From NCBI GenBank assembly GCA_041640455.1, contig JBEQAF010000036.1:1-20089 (forward strand): 20,089 nucleotides of DNA. Direction: 5' to 3'. The position numbers were made by a program, and so were the translations under genes. The notes below the pieces were generated by a model. That model did not search any database. It was not told the origin of the DNA and was given only the letters and a program-made list of their open reading frames with translations. Positions 9,346-18,793 of this stretch are shown one piece after another. The stretch comes from a bacterium (GTDB lineage Bacteria > CALINM01). Each line of letters opens with the position of its first letter. The first letter of the stretch is position 1.

Positions 9346-10960
9346 TAACAGATTTTCTTACTTCGGTAAGGTTCTGTAGTTCTTTTTCGACGGTCTTTAA
9401 AACCCGATCTAACTCGTTTATATTAACAAAGATATCTTTGTTTAAGGGTCTGAGCTCAACAATGCTTCTGGTCATGTCGTCAAAACTTTTTCTGAACTCA
9501 AAAATCTGATCCTTAAAGAATTTGCTCATCTCGCTGACTTCGACAACCAGTTTACCAAGCTGTTTGCTTGTTTTTGCCTGTTCCGCTGTGGAATTTTTAG
9601 AGAAATTGGCAATATCTTTTACCTTCTCGGTGGCTACAATTATCTGCTCGGCACCTTTTCTCTGTTCAGCCATGGCTCTTGAAAAATCGGTAACCATTGC
9701 GTTAATCTGTTCCATTGATTTGGCAATATGGGTTATCCCCTTTGACTGCTCTATGTTTGCCTTGGCGATCTCTCGAAATAGCTCATCTGCGCTTTCAATG
9801 GAGTTTAAAATTTTCTTAAATATTTCACCTGTCTGGGCTGTAAGCTCAACTCCTTCCTGAATTGCTTTAGTACTCTGATTAATGGCAGCACTTGCCTTAT
9901 CACTTTTGGATAGGATGTTTTGTATTATATTCGCTATCTCCTTTGTGGAAAGCCCGGTTCTCTCTGCAAGTTCCTTTATCTCCTCGGCGACTACGCCAAA
10001 GGCTTTACCCTGCTCGCCCGACTGGGATGCTATTATAGCCGCATTAAGAGCAAGGAGAGCTGTTTCTTCCGAAATATCCTCTATAACCTTCAGTATTTTT
10101 ACTATTGATTTGATATCAGCTGAAAGCTCACTTAAAGCCTGATAGGAAAAGCTATTTGATTCCTTTATCTTGTTCATACTTTCTTCAGTGGCTGTAATGG
10201 CTTCTTTTCCGAGCTGAGCGTCTCTTTCCATATCCTCAGTAAATTTAGCCGATGCCAGTGCACGGGTCTCTACCTCTTTAACCGAAGCTTCCATCTCAAG
10301 CATAGCTGCGTTTGTATCTTCGGTTATCTTTTTCAGGCTTTCCAGATTCTGACTGAGCTGACGGGATATGGCTATTAGCTCGAATATGGCAGTAGATGTT
10401 TCATCTACATAGTTAAAAAGCTTCGATACATTCTCACTGACCTCTTCAATGCTTGCACCAAGCTCAAGAGTGGATGATGAGCTCTCTTCAGTGGAAGCGC
10501 TTAGCACCTCTATTCTTTCTGTAAAGCTTCTTAGATTTATGTTGATCTTTTCAATATTTTCGGCAACTTTTTTAATAACTGCATCTTCTTTTTCATTAAT
10601 GTCTGATAGTGCTACTCTTTTCTGAAATATGGCAGAGGAGTATTCCCTGAGCTTTTTGTCTATCTCTCTCAGCCTTTTAAGGTTGTTTAATAGGGGCTCA
10701 ATTATGGGTTTGTAGGGGTTCCCTTCGCTGACTATGCCTTCTTTAATATTCTCCTTTTCCTTTTCTATAAAATAATGGCGTTTAATCTCATCTTCCTTGT
10801 TGATATAATTATGGAAAAATGCCATTATAAAGATTGCAAGGCTAAAATGAATTAAATTTCTTATGACAATATTAAAACTAAGCCCTTCCAGCAGGGATGT
10901 CAGGATAGTTAATATTAATGCAAGAATTACGTAAAAAATATACCGTTTTTTCATGACCAT
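9329..10960 (-). CDS. Methyl-accepting chemotaxis protein
   Basis: Two N-terminal TM segments, long coiled coil, signalling tip TALLALNAAIIASQSGEQGKAFGVVAEEIKELAERT..STKEI. Confidence 0.92.
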   Translation of the reverse strand: MVMKKRYIFYVILALILTILTSLLEGLSFNIVIRNLIHFSLAIFIMAFFHNYINKEDEIKRHYFIEKEKENIKEGIVSEGNPYKPIIEPLLNNLKRLREIDKKLREYSSAIFQKRVALSDINEKEDAVIKKVAENIEKININLRSFTERIEVLSASTEESSSSTLELGASIEEVSENVSKLFNYVDETSTAIFELIAISRQLSQNLESLKKITEDTNAAMLEMEASVKEVETRALASAKFTEDMERDAQLGKEAITATEESMNKIKESNSFSYQALSELSADIKSIVKILKVIEDISEETALLALNAAIIASQSGEQGKAFGVVAEEIKELAERTGLSTKEIANIIQNILSKSDKASAAINQSTKAIQEGVELTAQTGEIFKKILNSIESADELFREIAKANIEQSKGITHIAKSMEQINAMVTDFSRAMAEQRKGAEQIIVATEKVKDIANFSKNSTAEQAKTSKQLGKLVVEVSEMSKFFKDQIFEFRKSFDDMTRSIVELRPLNKDIFVNINELDRVLKTVEKELQNLTEVRKSVNDKSS

Positions 10961-10971
10961 TAACTTTAGAA

Positions 10972-11000
10972 ATTATATTTATTAATTTAACAAAAATCAA
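10972..11000 (-). promoter_or_regulatory. Sigma70 promoter of the MCP cluster
   Basis: Minus strand TTGATT (11000-10995), 17 nt, TATAAT (10977-10972); ATG follows 11 nt later. Confidence 0.6.
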
Positions 11001-11013
11001 TTTAAATATTGGT

Positions 11014-11679
11014 ATGGACGAAAAAAGACTGAGGGAGTTTTTAAAAAAGCGTGATATTGAGACAGATGATTACTGGCTTTATTTGAGAGCCTTTACCCAC
11101 TCTTCTTACAGTCAGGAAAATTATCAGAGGCTGGAGTTTCTTGGAGATGCGGTGCTAAATCTGATTATATCGGACTATCTTTTTAGCATTTACAGAGATA
11201 AAAAGGAGGGGTTTCTTACCAAAGAAAGAGCTTCCTATGTAAGAAAGGAAATACTCGGACTTATTAGCGAAGAGCTTGGGCTAAAAGAGTTTGTCAGGCT
11301 CGGGAAAGGGGAAGAGGCTAATAGCGGAAGGAAAAAGACTTCTATTCTCTCTGATGTGTTTGAGTCCTTTTTAGGTGCCATTTATCTTGATAAGGGATTT
11401 AATTTTACATATCAATGGATTTTAAATCATATTGATCTTTTTAGAAAATACAAGGATGCTATCATTGATTACAAATCTTTACTTCAGGAAAGACTTCAAA
11501 AAAAAGGGCTTCTCCCCTATTATGTTCTTTCTGGAGAAGAGGGGGTAAGTCACGATAAAACCTATCATGTGGATCTTTATATTGAAGGGGAGAAAGTTTC
11601 CTCCGGTGAGGGGAAGAACAAAAAATCTGCAGAGCAGAATGCCGCAAAAGAGGCGTTAAATATCTTTAAAGGATTATGA
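11014..11679 (+). CDS. rnc: Ribonuclease III
   Basis: AFTHSS, QRLEFLGDAVL, SDVFESFLGAIYLD, C-terminal dsRBD (DYKSLLQE..GEGKNKKSAEQNAA). Confidence 0.97.
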   Translation: MDEKRLREFLKKRDIETDDYWLYLRAFTHSSYSQENYQRLEFLGDAVLNLIISDYLFSIYRDKKEGFLTKERASYVRKEILGLISEELGLKEFVRLGKGEEANSGRKKTSILSDVFESFLGAIYLDKGFNFTYQWILNHIDLFRKYKDAIIDYKSLLQERLQKKGLLPYYVLSGEEGVSHDKTYHVDLYIEGEKVSSGEGKNKKSAEQNAAKEALNIFKGL

Positions 11680-12686
11680 AAAGTTATAATATTATTCCCT
11701 TTTTTATCAGTATGGAGGGCTGTAAAAACAGCTGTATCTATTGTAATCAGCATCTGCTTAAAGGTCACCGAGTGCAGGATAGAGATCTTAACGTTTTTAT
11801 AACCGAACAGAGAAAACTCTTTAAAAATAAAGATAATATGGAGCTTGCTTTATATGGAGGTACCTTTTTTAATATCTCTGAAGCAAGAAGAGATTTTTTC
11901 AGAAATAAGATTATAGAGCTTAAGAAGCTTGGGCTTATCAGCAGGGCAAGATGTTCAACCAGTCCTGAAAGTATAAGCGAAAAGATCTTGAACGAGTTTA
12001 AAGGAGTTATAGACTGTGTGGAGCTGGGTGTACAATCTATGGACGATTATGTATTAAGCATACTGGGGAGGAGATATTCATCAAAGGATGTTACTCTTGC
12101 TTTAAATCTGCTGAAAAACTATGGTTTTGAATCAGGGATTCAGCTTATGGTGGGACTTCCTTTTGAGAGTTCCCTGTCCCATGTAAAGACTACGGATGCT
12201 GTAGCTCAGATAAAACCAGACTTTGTCAGGCTCTATCCGCTATTTATACCGAAAAGAACCCTTCTTTCTCTTTATTATAATCTGGGTTTTTTTAACCCTC
12301 CAGACTTTGATGAGCTATTATGGAGACTTGCTTATTCTTTTATCAGATTTACAAACAGCCATATAAGGATTGTTAGGATAGGGCTTACCAGCTTTATTGA
12401 TAAAGAAGACATAGATTTTATGCATCATGAGGCAGATTTCAGAGGAGCAGTGCTTAGTTATATATATTTTAATCTGCTTTTACAGGGGCTTAAAAAGCAA
12501 AAAAGGTCAGAGGTGCTTTGTAATGTTCTGGACTATCAGTATATTACTGGCGTCAGAAGGTCAAATGTTAAAAGATTAAATAGTCTTAGCTATCTTTTTG
12601 ATATACGTATTTCGGATATTGAAAGATACAGCATACTGATTGACGGAAAAAGGCTCGGGCTTTCTGATCTAAAACTTACCATATAA
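11676..12686 (+). CDS. Radical SAM protein, Elp3/YhcC-like family commonly found after rnc
   Basis: CKNSCIYC (CxxxCxxC), YGGTF, VELGVQS, GIQLMVGLP, DFVRLYP; ATGA overlap with rnc. Confidence 0.85.
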   Translation: MKSYNIIPFFISMEGCKNSCIYCNQHLLKGHRVQDRDLNVFITEQRKLFKNKDNMELALYGGTFFNISEARRDFFRNKIIELKKLGLISRARCSTSPESISEKILNEFKGVIDCVELGVQSMDDYVLSILGRRYSSKDVTLALNLLKNYGFESGIQLMVGLPFESSLSHVKTTDAVAQIKPDFVRLYPLFIPKRTLLSLYYNLGFFNPPDFDELLWRLAYSFIRFTNSHIRIVRIGLTSFIDKEDIDFMHHEADFRGAVLSYIYFNLLLQGLKKQKRSEVLCNVLDYQYITGVRRSNVKRLNSLSYLFDIRISDIERYSILIDGKRLGLSDLKLTI

Positions 12687-13616
12687 CAGGCGAATTACAA
12701 GCACTAAGGTAAATATGGTTGAGGCTATGAAAATTATGTACATGGAAGGATCATAAACAATATCTACCACCGCTGACCCCACCGTATCGGGGATAATCCG
12801 TTCAATCTGATAGTCTACCCCTTTTATTTTTACAGTATCTCCAAGCTTCCATATCATGATTTCTTTCTTTTCTCCTTCTATCATTAGTATCTTGAACATG
12901 GTCATGTCTTCATTATGAGCTTGAAATTCGAGGATGGTTCCATCGAGATTAAAGGAAGATTCGGGAGTTAGCACAGGAATAAGTAACCTTTCCCCACTTC
13001 TGAGTTTGAAAGTTATAGATCTGAGATAGGGGGCTATGTATTTAAGAATTACATAGTTGGAACCAATTTTGATGGGCTCGTTAATCTTAAGTGTGCCAGA
13101 GGCTTCCTTCTCTTCATATTTATAAATCAGCTTCACCATAATGTTTTTTGGATAGCCTGCTGGCGTCATATCAAAACCTATCCTGTCCAAAAAAAATCTG
13201 ATGGGGCTATGAGGAGGTGGAAGGGCTATAATACTGCTTTTTCCCTGTGGAATTATCTGCTCGGGCAGTTTGTAGCTAATGACCGCATTTATCAGATGAG
13301 CTAATAGTACAAGTATGAAACATATATGGAACAATAGGGTAAAAATGTTTCTGCGTTTAATATCATAGATAGTGCATATAAGGGCAGAGATCCCCAGAAA
13401 AAAGAATCCTGCAAGTACTCCATAAAGCCAGAAATTATGAGGCAGGCGGTTGTAAAAGAGCCATACAAAAAGGGCTTTGTAATCAATACTACTGTATAGA
13501 TGCGGATTCAAATAAATAATAAAGGCACCGATTATTGAAAAAGCTGACACCAAAGAAAGTGCAAAAAAGGTATAGTTTGTATCGAGAAGTATTTTCTTAA
13601 TACTGTATTTCATCAT
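12669..13616 (-). CDS. Cytochrome c biogenesis protein ResB/CcsB-like (short)
   Basis: Three N-terminal TM segments with FHICFILVLLAH (conserved His), soluble domain with LKINEP, C-terminal YDPS plus TM; TAATG-coupled to ccsA. Confidence 0.7.
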   Translation of the reverse strand: MMKYSIKKILLDTNYTFFALSLVSAFSIIGAFIIYLNPHLYSSIDYKALFVWLFYNRLPHNFWLYGVLAGFFFLGISALICTIYDIKRRNIFTLLFHICFILVLLAHLINAVISYKLPEQIIPQGKSSIIALPPPHSPIRFFLDRIGFDMTPAGYPKNIMVKLIYKYEEKEASGTLKINEPIKIGSNYVILKYIAPYLRSITFKLRSGERLLIPVLTPESSFNLDGTILEFQAHNEDMTMFKILMIEGEKKEIMIWKLGDTVKIKGVDYQIERIIPDTVGSAVVDIVYDPSMYIIFIASTIFTLVLVIRLLYGKF

Positions 13617-14314
13617 TACCTCAGCGAATGGGTATTTTTCATAAATAAGCCAATGCCAATATAAGTGAATATGACTATTATAAAGCCAACGATGGTTGCT
13701 TTATTAATCAGTCTGCGATTAGATGAAAATTTAAGATGTATAAGCCCGCTGTAATATATCCATATTACAAATGAGAAAATCTCTTTCATTCCATATAAAA
13801 AATAGGCTCCCCATGCCTTAAATGCCCAGATGCCGCCTGCCCATAAACCTATGGTGTAGTTTAAAAATCCCAGATAGTTGAGTCTGATGATCTTTTCGGT
13901 ATCTAAATTTAGTAAGGCATAGAAAAAAGCCGCCGTAAAAAAGGCATAGCTGATAAAGGAGAAAGCCACATGTACAGGAAATAAAAGGGTATTTAGAGAG
14001 TCGGAAACAAATGGAGATGAAAAGGGTTTTCCGTAAAGGGAGAGCCCGAGAAGAATCAGTAGAAAGATCGAGGTGAGAATGTTAAACCTACTATCTTCTG
14101 TCCCCCAGATAAACACAACCAGTATGAGAGAAAGGGCATAAAAATTTAAAGTCTCAAAAAGCCCGATAACCGGGAAATGTTTGAACTTTACCCCCACAAA
14201 GATTAACAGTAAGGTAATGGAGATAAAAGCTGTTAGTCTGAGTATAGCCGATTTTTTTATAACCAGATCATAAAGAATACTTAACATGGATATTACAACA
14301 AAAATTTTTTCCAT
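13616..14314 (-). CDS. ccsA: Cytochrome c biogenesis protein CcsA/ResC (divergent WWD motif)
   Basis: HFPV..LFE, PVHV..SFISYA, GGIWA..AWG.Y....KE, W..Y...IH, C-terminal THS. Confidence 0.85.
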   Translation of the reverse strand: MEKIFVVISMLSILYDLVIKKSAILRLTAFISITLLLIFVGVKFKHFPVIGLFETLNFYALSLILVVFIWGTEDSRFNILTSIFLLILLGLSLYGKPFSSPFVSDSLNTLLFPVHVAFSFISYAFFTAAFFYALLNLDTEKIIRLNYLGFLNYTIGLWAGGIWAFKAWGAYFLYGMKEIFSFVIWIYYSGLIHLKFSSNRRLINKATIVGFIIVIFTYIGIGLFMKNTHSLR

Positions 14315-15456
14315 ATGAGCTCACTTAAGGTGTTTCTGTATAAAATCTCACCGTCGGCTCCATAATATGGAAAATCATAGCATTTTGGGAACCGGCAGGT
14401 ACGGTTTTTTCTGAAAATTCTGAATCTACCTCTGTTATGATACACCAAGCCTGTATATTTTACATTAATATCGGATTTTCTTAAACTAAAATAGGGGATA
14501 AACTCGTCAATAAAGGGCTTTATAAAATCAGATTCAGGTTTTTCATTTACCTTTGCTGGTGCAAAAATAGATAGGGCATTTTCTTTTTTAAGCGCATAAA
14601 AAATACCTCTTTCGGTGTTAAAAACCAGTTCATCAGCCATAGGAACAGGCGTTTTAATGTCCCTTATCAGGAATTCATAAAAGGTATTTTCATAATCAAT
14701 CCTGAAAGGAGTACTTACATGAGAAAAACTATAAATATGGGGCGGGAATGCGGAGATGATCATGTCAGCTAAAAGTTCAGTATCTTCAAACCTGAGTTTC
14801 CAATAAGATTTATAATATACTAATTCTAAAAGCTTTTTGTTCTCAATCACCTCAATGTTTTTGTAATCTACGGGCTTTTCAGATTTAATTCTGTAAGGGG
14901 CTTTGTTAATAATAGAATAGAGCAGGTATTTTTTGTAAAAACCAGAGTTTACCTCTCCTGGAGAAAATAATAATAAAAGTCCCTTAAGAAATCTATCAAA
15001 CTCTGAAGATGGAGGGGAGATATTTTTAGAAAGATTTATAAAGGTTTTATAATTTTTCAGAAAGAAAAGAGGTTTATCTTTTATAAATCCTATCAACCCT
15101 TTGGTATAGTATTCAAAAATCAAACTGTTCAACAGGTGCAGGTTAGTGGCTGAATCTATAATCAGATTATCAAAAAATGGCTTTCTACATTTTAGCTCTT
15201 TTTCAAAAAAGAGATTAATGATATCGGTATTATGTAGCAGGTCTACCCTGAAATTATCTGAACAGATCTGGGCATAGGGGATAGTGGTTTTTTCTCCTTC
15301 GGGCAAAAATGCGAGACGAGGGATAAATTCTTCTGATATATCAATGTTAAAACAGGAGTTTTTCACTAAACAGAGCTTTAGCTCACCCTGAAACCTGTTT
15401 ATAAAATGGTTTGTGAAATCTGACTCGCCGATTAGCAGGACTTTAAAATCAGTCAT
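14293..15456 (-). CDS. Hypothetical protein, possibly a degenerate FAD/NAD(P)-binding oxidoreductase
   Basis: 387-aa ORF filling the gap between carA and ccsA. N-terminal KVLLIGES resembles a broken GxGxxG Rossmann start; LLADMIISAFPP resembles the amine-oxidase/desaturase ADxVIxxxP strand. Function is speculative. Confidence 0.6.
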   Translation of the reverse strand: MTDFKVLLIGESDFTNHFINRFQGELKLCLVKNSCFNIDISEEFIPRLAFLPEGEKTTIPYAQICSDNFRVDLLHNTDIINLFFEKELKCRKPFFDNLIIDSATNLHLLNSLIFEYYTKGLIGFIKDKPLFFLKNYKTFINLSKNISPPSSEFDRFLKGLLLLFSPGEVNSGFYKKYLLYSIINKAPYRIKSEKPVDYKNIEVIENKKLLELVYYKSYWKLRFEDTELLADMIISAFPPHIYSFSHVSTPFRIDYENTFYEFLIRDIKTPVPMADELVFNTERGIFYALKKENALSIFAPAKVNEKPESDFIKPFIDEFIPYFSLRKSDINVKYTGLVYHNRGRFRIFRKNRTCRFPKCYDFPYYGADGEILYRNTLSELIWKKFLL

Positions 15457-15461
15457 GTAAG

Positions 15462-16595
15462 CTATCTGGTGCTCTCAACAAGGTCGTAAAATCTTTTAAA
15501 AAGGTAAGATGCATCATGGGGTCCAGGCGAGGCTTCCGGGTGGTACTGAACGGAAAATAACGGGTACTCTTTATGTCTCAGCCCTTCAACAGTGTTATCA
15601 TTAAGGTTTATATGAGTTACCTCTGCCTTTCCTCCGAGAGAATCTATATCTACAGCAAAGCCATGATTCTGTGATGTTACCTCCACCTTTCCTGTGGTGA
15701 GATCTTTAACAGGCTGATTTCCACCTCTGTGACCAAACTTAAGTTTAAAGGTTTTTCCACCAAGCGCAAGTCCCAGTATCTGATGTCCGAGGCAGATGCC
15801 GAAGATGGGCTTTTTGTTTATCAGCTTTTTTACATTTTCTATGGCATATTTAACAGGCTCAGGATCTCCCGGACCGTTGGATAGAAACACGCCATCGGGA
15901 TTCATTTTTATCACCTCTTCTGCGGGAAAATCTGCTGGCACTACCAGCACTCTAAAGCCTGCATTGACCAGATTCCTGAGGATGTTGTATTTTATGCCGT
16001 AGTCATAGGCAACTACAAAATATCTACCATCATCTTTTTCCTCATAACCTTTTTCAAGACTCCATAGAGCCTGTTTCCATTGGTAGGGCTTATCGGTACT
16101 TACATTTCTTACCAGATCCAGACCAGCCATAGAGGGTATTTTTGATACCTTTTCAAGAAGGCTCTCTTTATTAAAGTCTATTGTAGAGATAAGCCCGTTC
16201 ATAGCACCTTTTTCTCTCAGATGGGCTGTTAGAGCCCTCGTATCTATACCTTCAATCGCTACTATGTTGTATTTTTTCAGAAAATCTTCCAGTCTTTCCT
16301 GACTTCTGTAATTGCTCGGCTCCTGCTGGTACTCTTTTACAACAAATCCCGCTACAAAGGGCACCCTTGACTCCATATCCTCATTGTTTACACCGTAGTT
16401 GCCTATCTGAGTATAGGTCATGCATACTATCTGCCTGTCATAGGAAGGATCGGTTAGAATCTCCTGATAACCGCACATGGATGTTGTAAACACCACCTCA
16501 CCGCCAGTCTCTCCTTCGGCACCAAAGTTATATCCTTCAAAGATTCTTCCATCTTTGAGAATAAGTATGGCCTTTTTTTTCTTAAAAAAGCTCAA
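15462..16595 (-). CDS. carA: Carbamoyl-phosphate synthase small subunit
   Basis: [60 protein letters not shown] start with AGGAGG SD. Confidence 0.98.
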   Translation of the reverse strand: MSFFKKKKAILILKDGRIFEGYNFGAEGETGGEVVFTTSMCGYQEILTDPSYDRQIVCMTYTQIGNYGVNNEDMESRVPFVAGFVVKEYQQEPSNYRSQERLEDFLKKYNIVAIEGIDTRALTAHLREKGAMNGLISTIDFNKESLLEKVSKIPSMAGLDLVRNVSTDKPYQWKQALWSLEKGYEEKDDGRYFVVAYDYGIKYNILRNLVNAGFRVLVVPADFPAEEVIKMNPDGVFLSNGPGDPEPVKYAIENVKKLINKKPIFGICLGHQILGLALGGKTFKLKFGHRGGNQPVKDLTTGKVEVTSQNHGFAVDIDSLGGKAEVTHINLNDNTVEGLRHKEYPLFSVQYHPEASPGPHDASYLFKRFYDLVESTR

Positions 16596-17856
16596 AGCTT
16601 TTTCCTCCTTTAATAATATATTTTGCCTTCCCTTTTAGAGTTTTTCCAAGAAAGGGAGTGTTTTTACTTTTTGAATGAAGGGTCTCTTCGCTAACAGTCC
16701 ATTCATAGTTAGGGTCTATTATGGTAAAAACTGCCTCTTCACCTTCCTTTATTTTTGGAGTTGGTAGATTAAAGATTTTGTGAGGCTTTCTGGAAAGCTT
16801 CTCTGCTAAATCATTAAAATCCAGAGCGCCGATTCTTACCAGCTCAAGACATAAAGGCACCATGGTTTCGAGCCCTATCATACCGAAGGCAGCTCTGTCA
16901 AACTCGCAGTGCTTTTCATCTCTGTGATGGGGGGCATGGTCTGATGAGATTATATCTATGGTTCCATCCTTAAGCCCTTCTATAATTGCAAGTCTGTCTG
17001 ATTCGGTTCTAAGTGGTGGATTAATTTTTGCCAGAGTATTGTAACCCATCAGGATTTTCTCTGTTAATGTAAAATATTGAGGGCAGGTATCACAGCTAAC
17101 CCTAACGCCTTCTTTTTTAAACTTTCTAACAAGCTCTACACCCTCTTTTGTGCTAATATGGGTTATATGAACTGTGCCACCAGTTAATTTTGCAAGAGTA
17201 AGATCTCTATAAATCCCGAGAATCTCAGCTTCTCTTGGTATTCCCTTAAGCCCGAGCATAATAGACATCTCACCTTCGTTAATCTGACCCTCTCTCGAGA
17301 GTGTAGAGTCTTCAGAATGGCAAAAAATGGTCATATTAAACGTTTTGGCATATTCAAAGGCTCTTCTCATTATCTCTGAGCTTTTTACTGCCTTACCATC
17401 ATCTGAAAATGCTATCGCACCAGCCTCCTTCAGCTCGCCCATCTCTGTAAGATTTTCTCCCTCAAGCCCCTTTGTAATAGCTGCAACAGGATGAAGCTCC
17501 ACAGGTATTCCAGTCTGCTTGGCTCTGCATTTCATAAAATGGGTAACTGTGGAATTATCATTAACAGGGTTTGTATTTGCCATAACTCCCACTGACACAA
17601 ATCCGCCATAATGGGCAGACGTAAGACCTGTCTCGATATCTTCTTTATATTCAAATCCAGGCTCTCTAAGGTGTGTGTGAATATCCATCAGACCTGGAAA
17701 AACCAGCAGTTCTCTGTTATTAATTACTAAATCAGCACCTTTTTCCTTAAAAATATCGTCGGATATTTTATCTATAATACAGTCTTTTACAAGAATATTT
17801 TTTCTAAATACCCCTGAGGAGGTAACAATAGTGGCGTTATTTATTACTATCTTCAA
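16582..17856 (-). CDS. pyrC: Dihydroorotase (type I)
   Basis: [50 protein letters not shown] start with GGAGG SD. Confidence 0.97.
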   Translation of the reverse strand: MKIVINNATIVTSSGVFRKNILVKDCIIDKISDDIFKEKGADLVINNRELLVFPGLMDIHTHLREPGFEYKEDIETGLTSAHYGGFVSVGVMANTNPVNDNSTVTHFMKCRAKQTGIPVELHPVAAITKGLEGENLTEMGELKEAGAIAFSDDGKAVKSSEIMRRAFEYAKTFNMTIFCHSEDSTLSREGQINEGEMSIMLGLKGIPREAEILGIYRDLTLAKLTGGTVHITHISTKEGVELVRKFKKEGVRVSCDTCPQYFTLTEKILMGYNTLAKINPPLRTESDRLAIIEGLKDGTIDIISSDHAPHHRDEKHCEFDRAAFGMIGLETMVPLCLELVRIGALDFNDLAEKLSRKPHKIFNLPTPKIKEGEEAVFTIIDPNYEWTVSEETLHSKSKNTPFLGKTLKGKAKYIIKGGKSFELF

Positions 17857-18793
17857 TCCTGCCTCCCGAAAGAAGGGAATAAAGTATTGCCATTCTTACC
17901 GCAACGCCTCTTTTTACCTGATCCAGCACCACAGATCTTTTCGAATCCAGCAGGTCAGAAGATATCTCAACCCCTCTGTTGACTGGACCGGGATGCATAA
18001 CAATGACATCCTCCTTGGCATATTTAATAGTTGAACTATTTATTGAGAAGAATCCAGCATACTCTCTCTCGGAAGGATAAAAGCATCTCCCCATCCGTTC
18101 TTTCTGAAGCCTTAAGACCATAACCACATCCACATCAGCAAGTCCTTCCTCAAGGTTATGGTATACATGGGCTCCCAGATTTTCAAACTCCTGAGGCACA
18201 AAGGTGACAGGTCCCACAAAGTTAACAGTATTGTTAAGCTTTTTCAGAGCAAAAAGGTTAGATCTTGCCACACGGCTATGCAGTACGTCACCCACTATGG
18301 CGATTTTTAAACCTTCAATCTTCCCCTTATAATCCCTTATGGTCAAAAGATCCAGCAATGCCTGACTTGGGTGCTCATGGGAACCGTCTCCTGCATTAAC
18401 CACAGCCAATCTGGTTTGATTTGCTATAAACTCAGAAACGCCAGACATATTATGTCTTATTATTATGCAGTCAGCGCTCATGGCTTCAATATTTTTAACC
18501 GTATCAAAAATTGTCTCTCCCTTGGTGGCACTGCTTGACGGGACTGAGATATTTATGGTATCGGAAGATAGAATCTTAGCTGCAAGTTCAAAGGATGTGC
18601 GGGTTCTTGTGGATGGTTCATAAAATAGTGTTACCACTGATTTTCCCCTCAGGGTGGGAACTTTTTTTACATCTCTTTCAAGCACCTCTTCCATGGATTT
18701 GGCTGTGTCAAGTAAATATAATATCTCCTCTTTGCTAAGGTCATAGGTGCCAAGAAGGTCTTTTCGTTGCCAGATAAAATTATCTTGTCTCAT
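17837..18793 (-). CDS. pyrB: Aspartate carbamoyltransferase catalytic subunit
   Basis: FYEPSTRTRTSFE, NAGDG.HEHPSQALLD, GDVLHSRVARS, LRLQKER, HPGPVNRG. Confidence 0.98.
   Translation of the reverse strand: MRQDNFIWQRKDLLGTYDLSKEEILYLLDTAKSMEEVLERDVKKVPTLRGKSVVTLFYEPSTRTRTSFELAAKILSSDTINISVPSSSATKGETIFDTVKNIEAMSADCIIIRHNMSGVSEFIANQTRLAVVNAGDGSHEHPSQALLDLLTIRDYKGKIEGLKIAIVGDVLHSRVARSNLFALKKLNNTVNFVGPVTFVPQEFENLGAHVYHNLEEGLADVDVVMVLRLQKERMGRCFYPSEREYAGFFSINSSTIKYAKEDVIVMHPGPVNRGVEISSDLLDSKRSVVLDQVKRGVAVRMAILYSLLSGGRIEDSNK

Noticed and set aside
16573..16589. T8/A6 homopolymers at the carA 5' end as a phase-variation or slippage site
   Set aside because: In-frame Lys/Phe codons; such runs are frequent in this AT-rich sequence.
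213..18034. Many 60-130 aa antisense or alternate-frame ORFs inside sucCD, MFS, UDG, MCP, carA, pyrB etc.
   Set aside because: Shadows of well-supported genes with no independent motifs.
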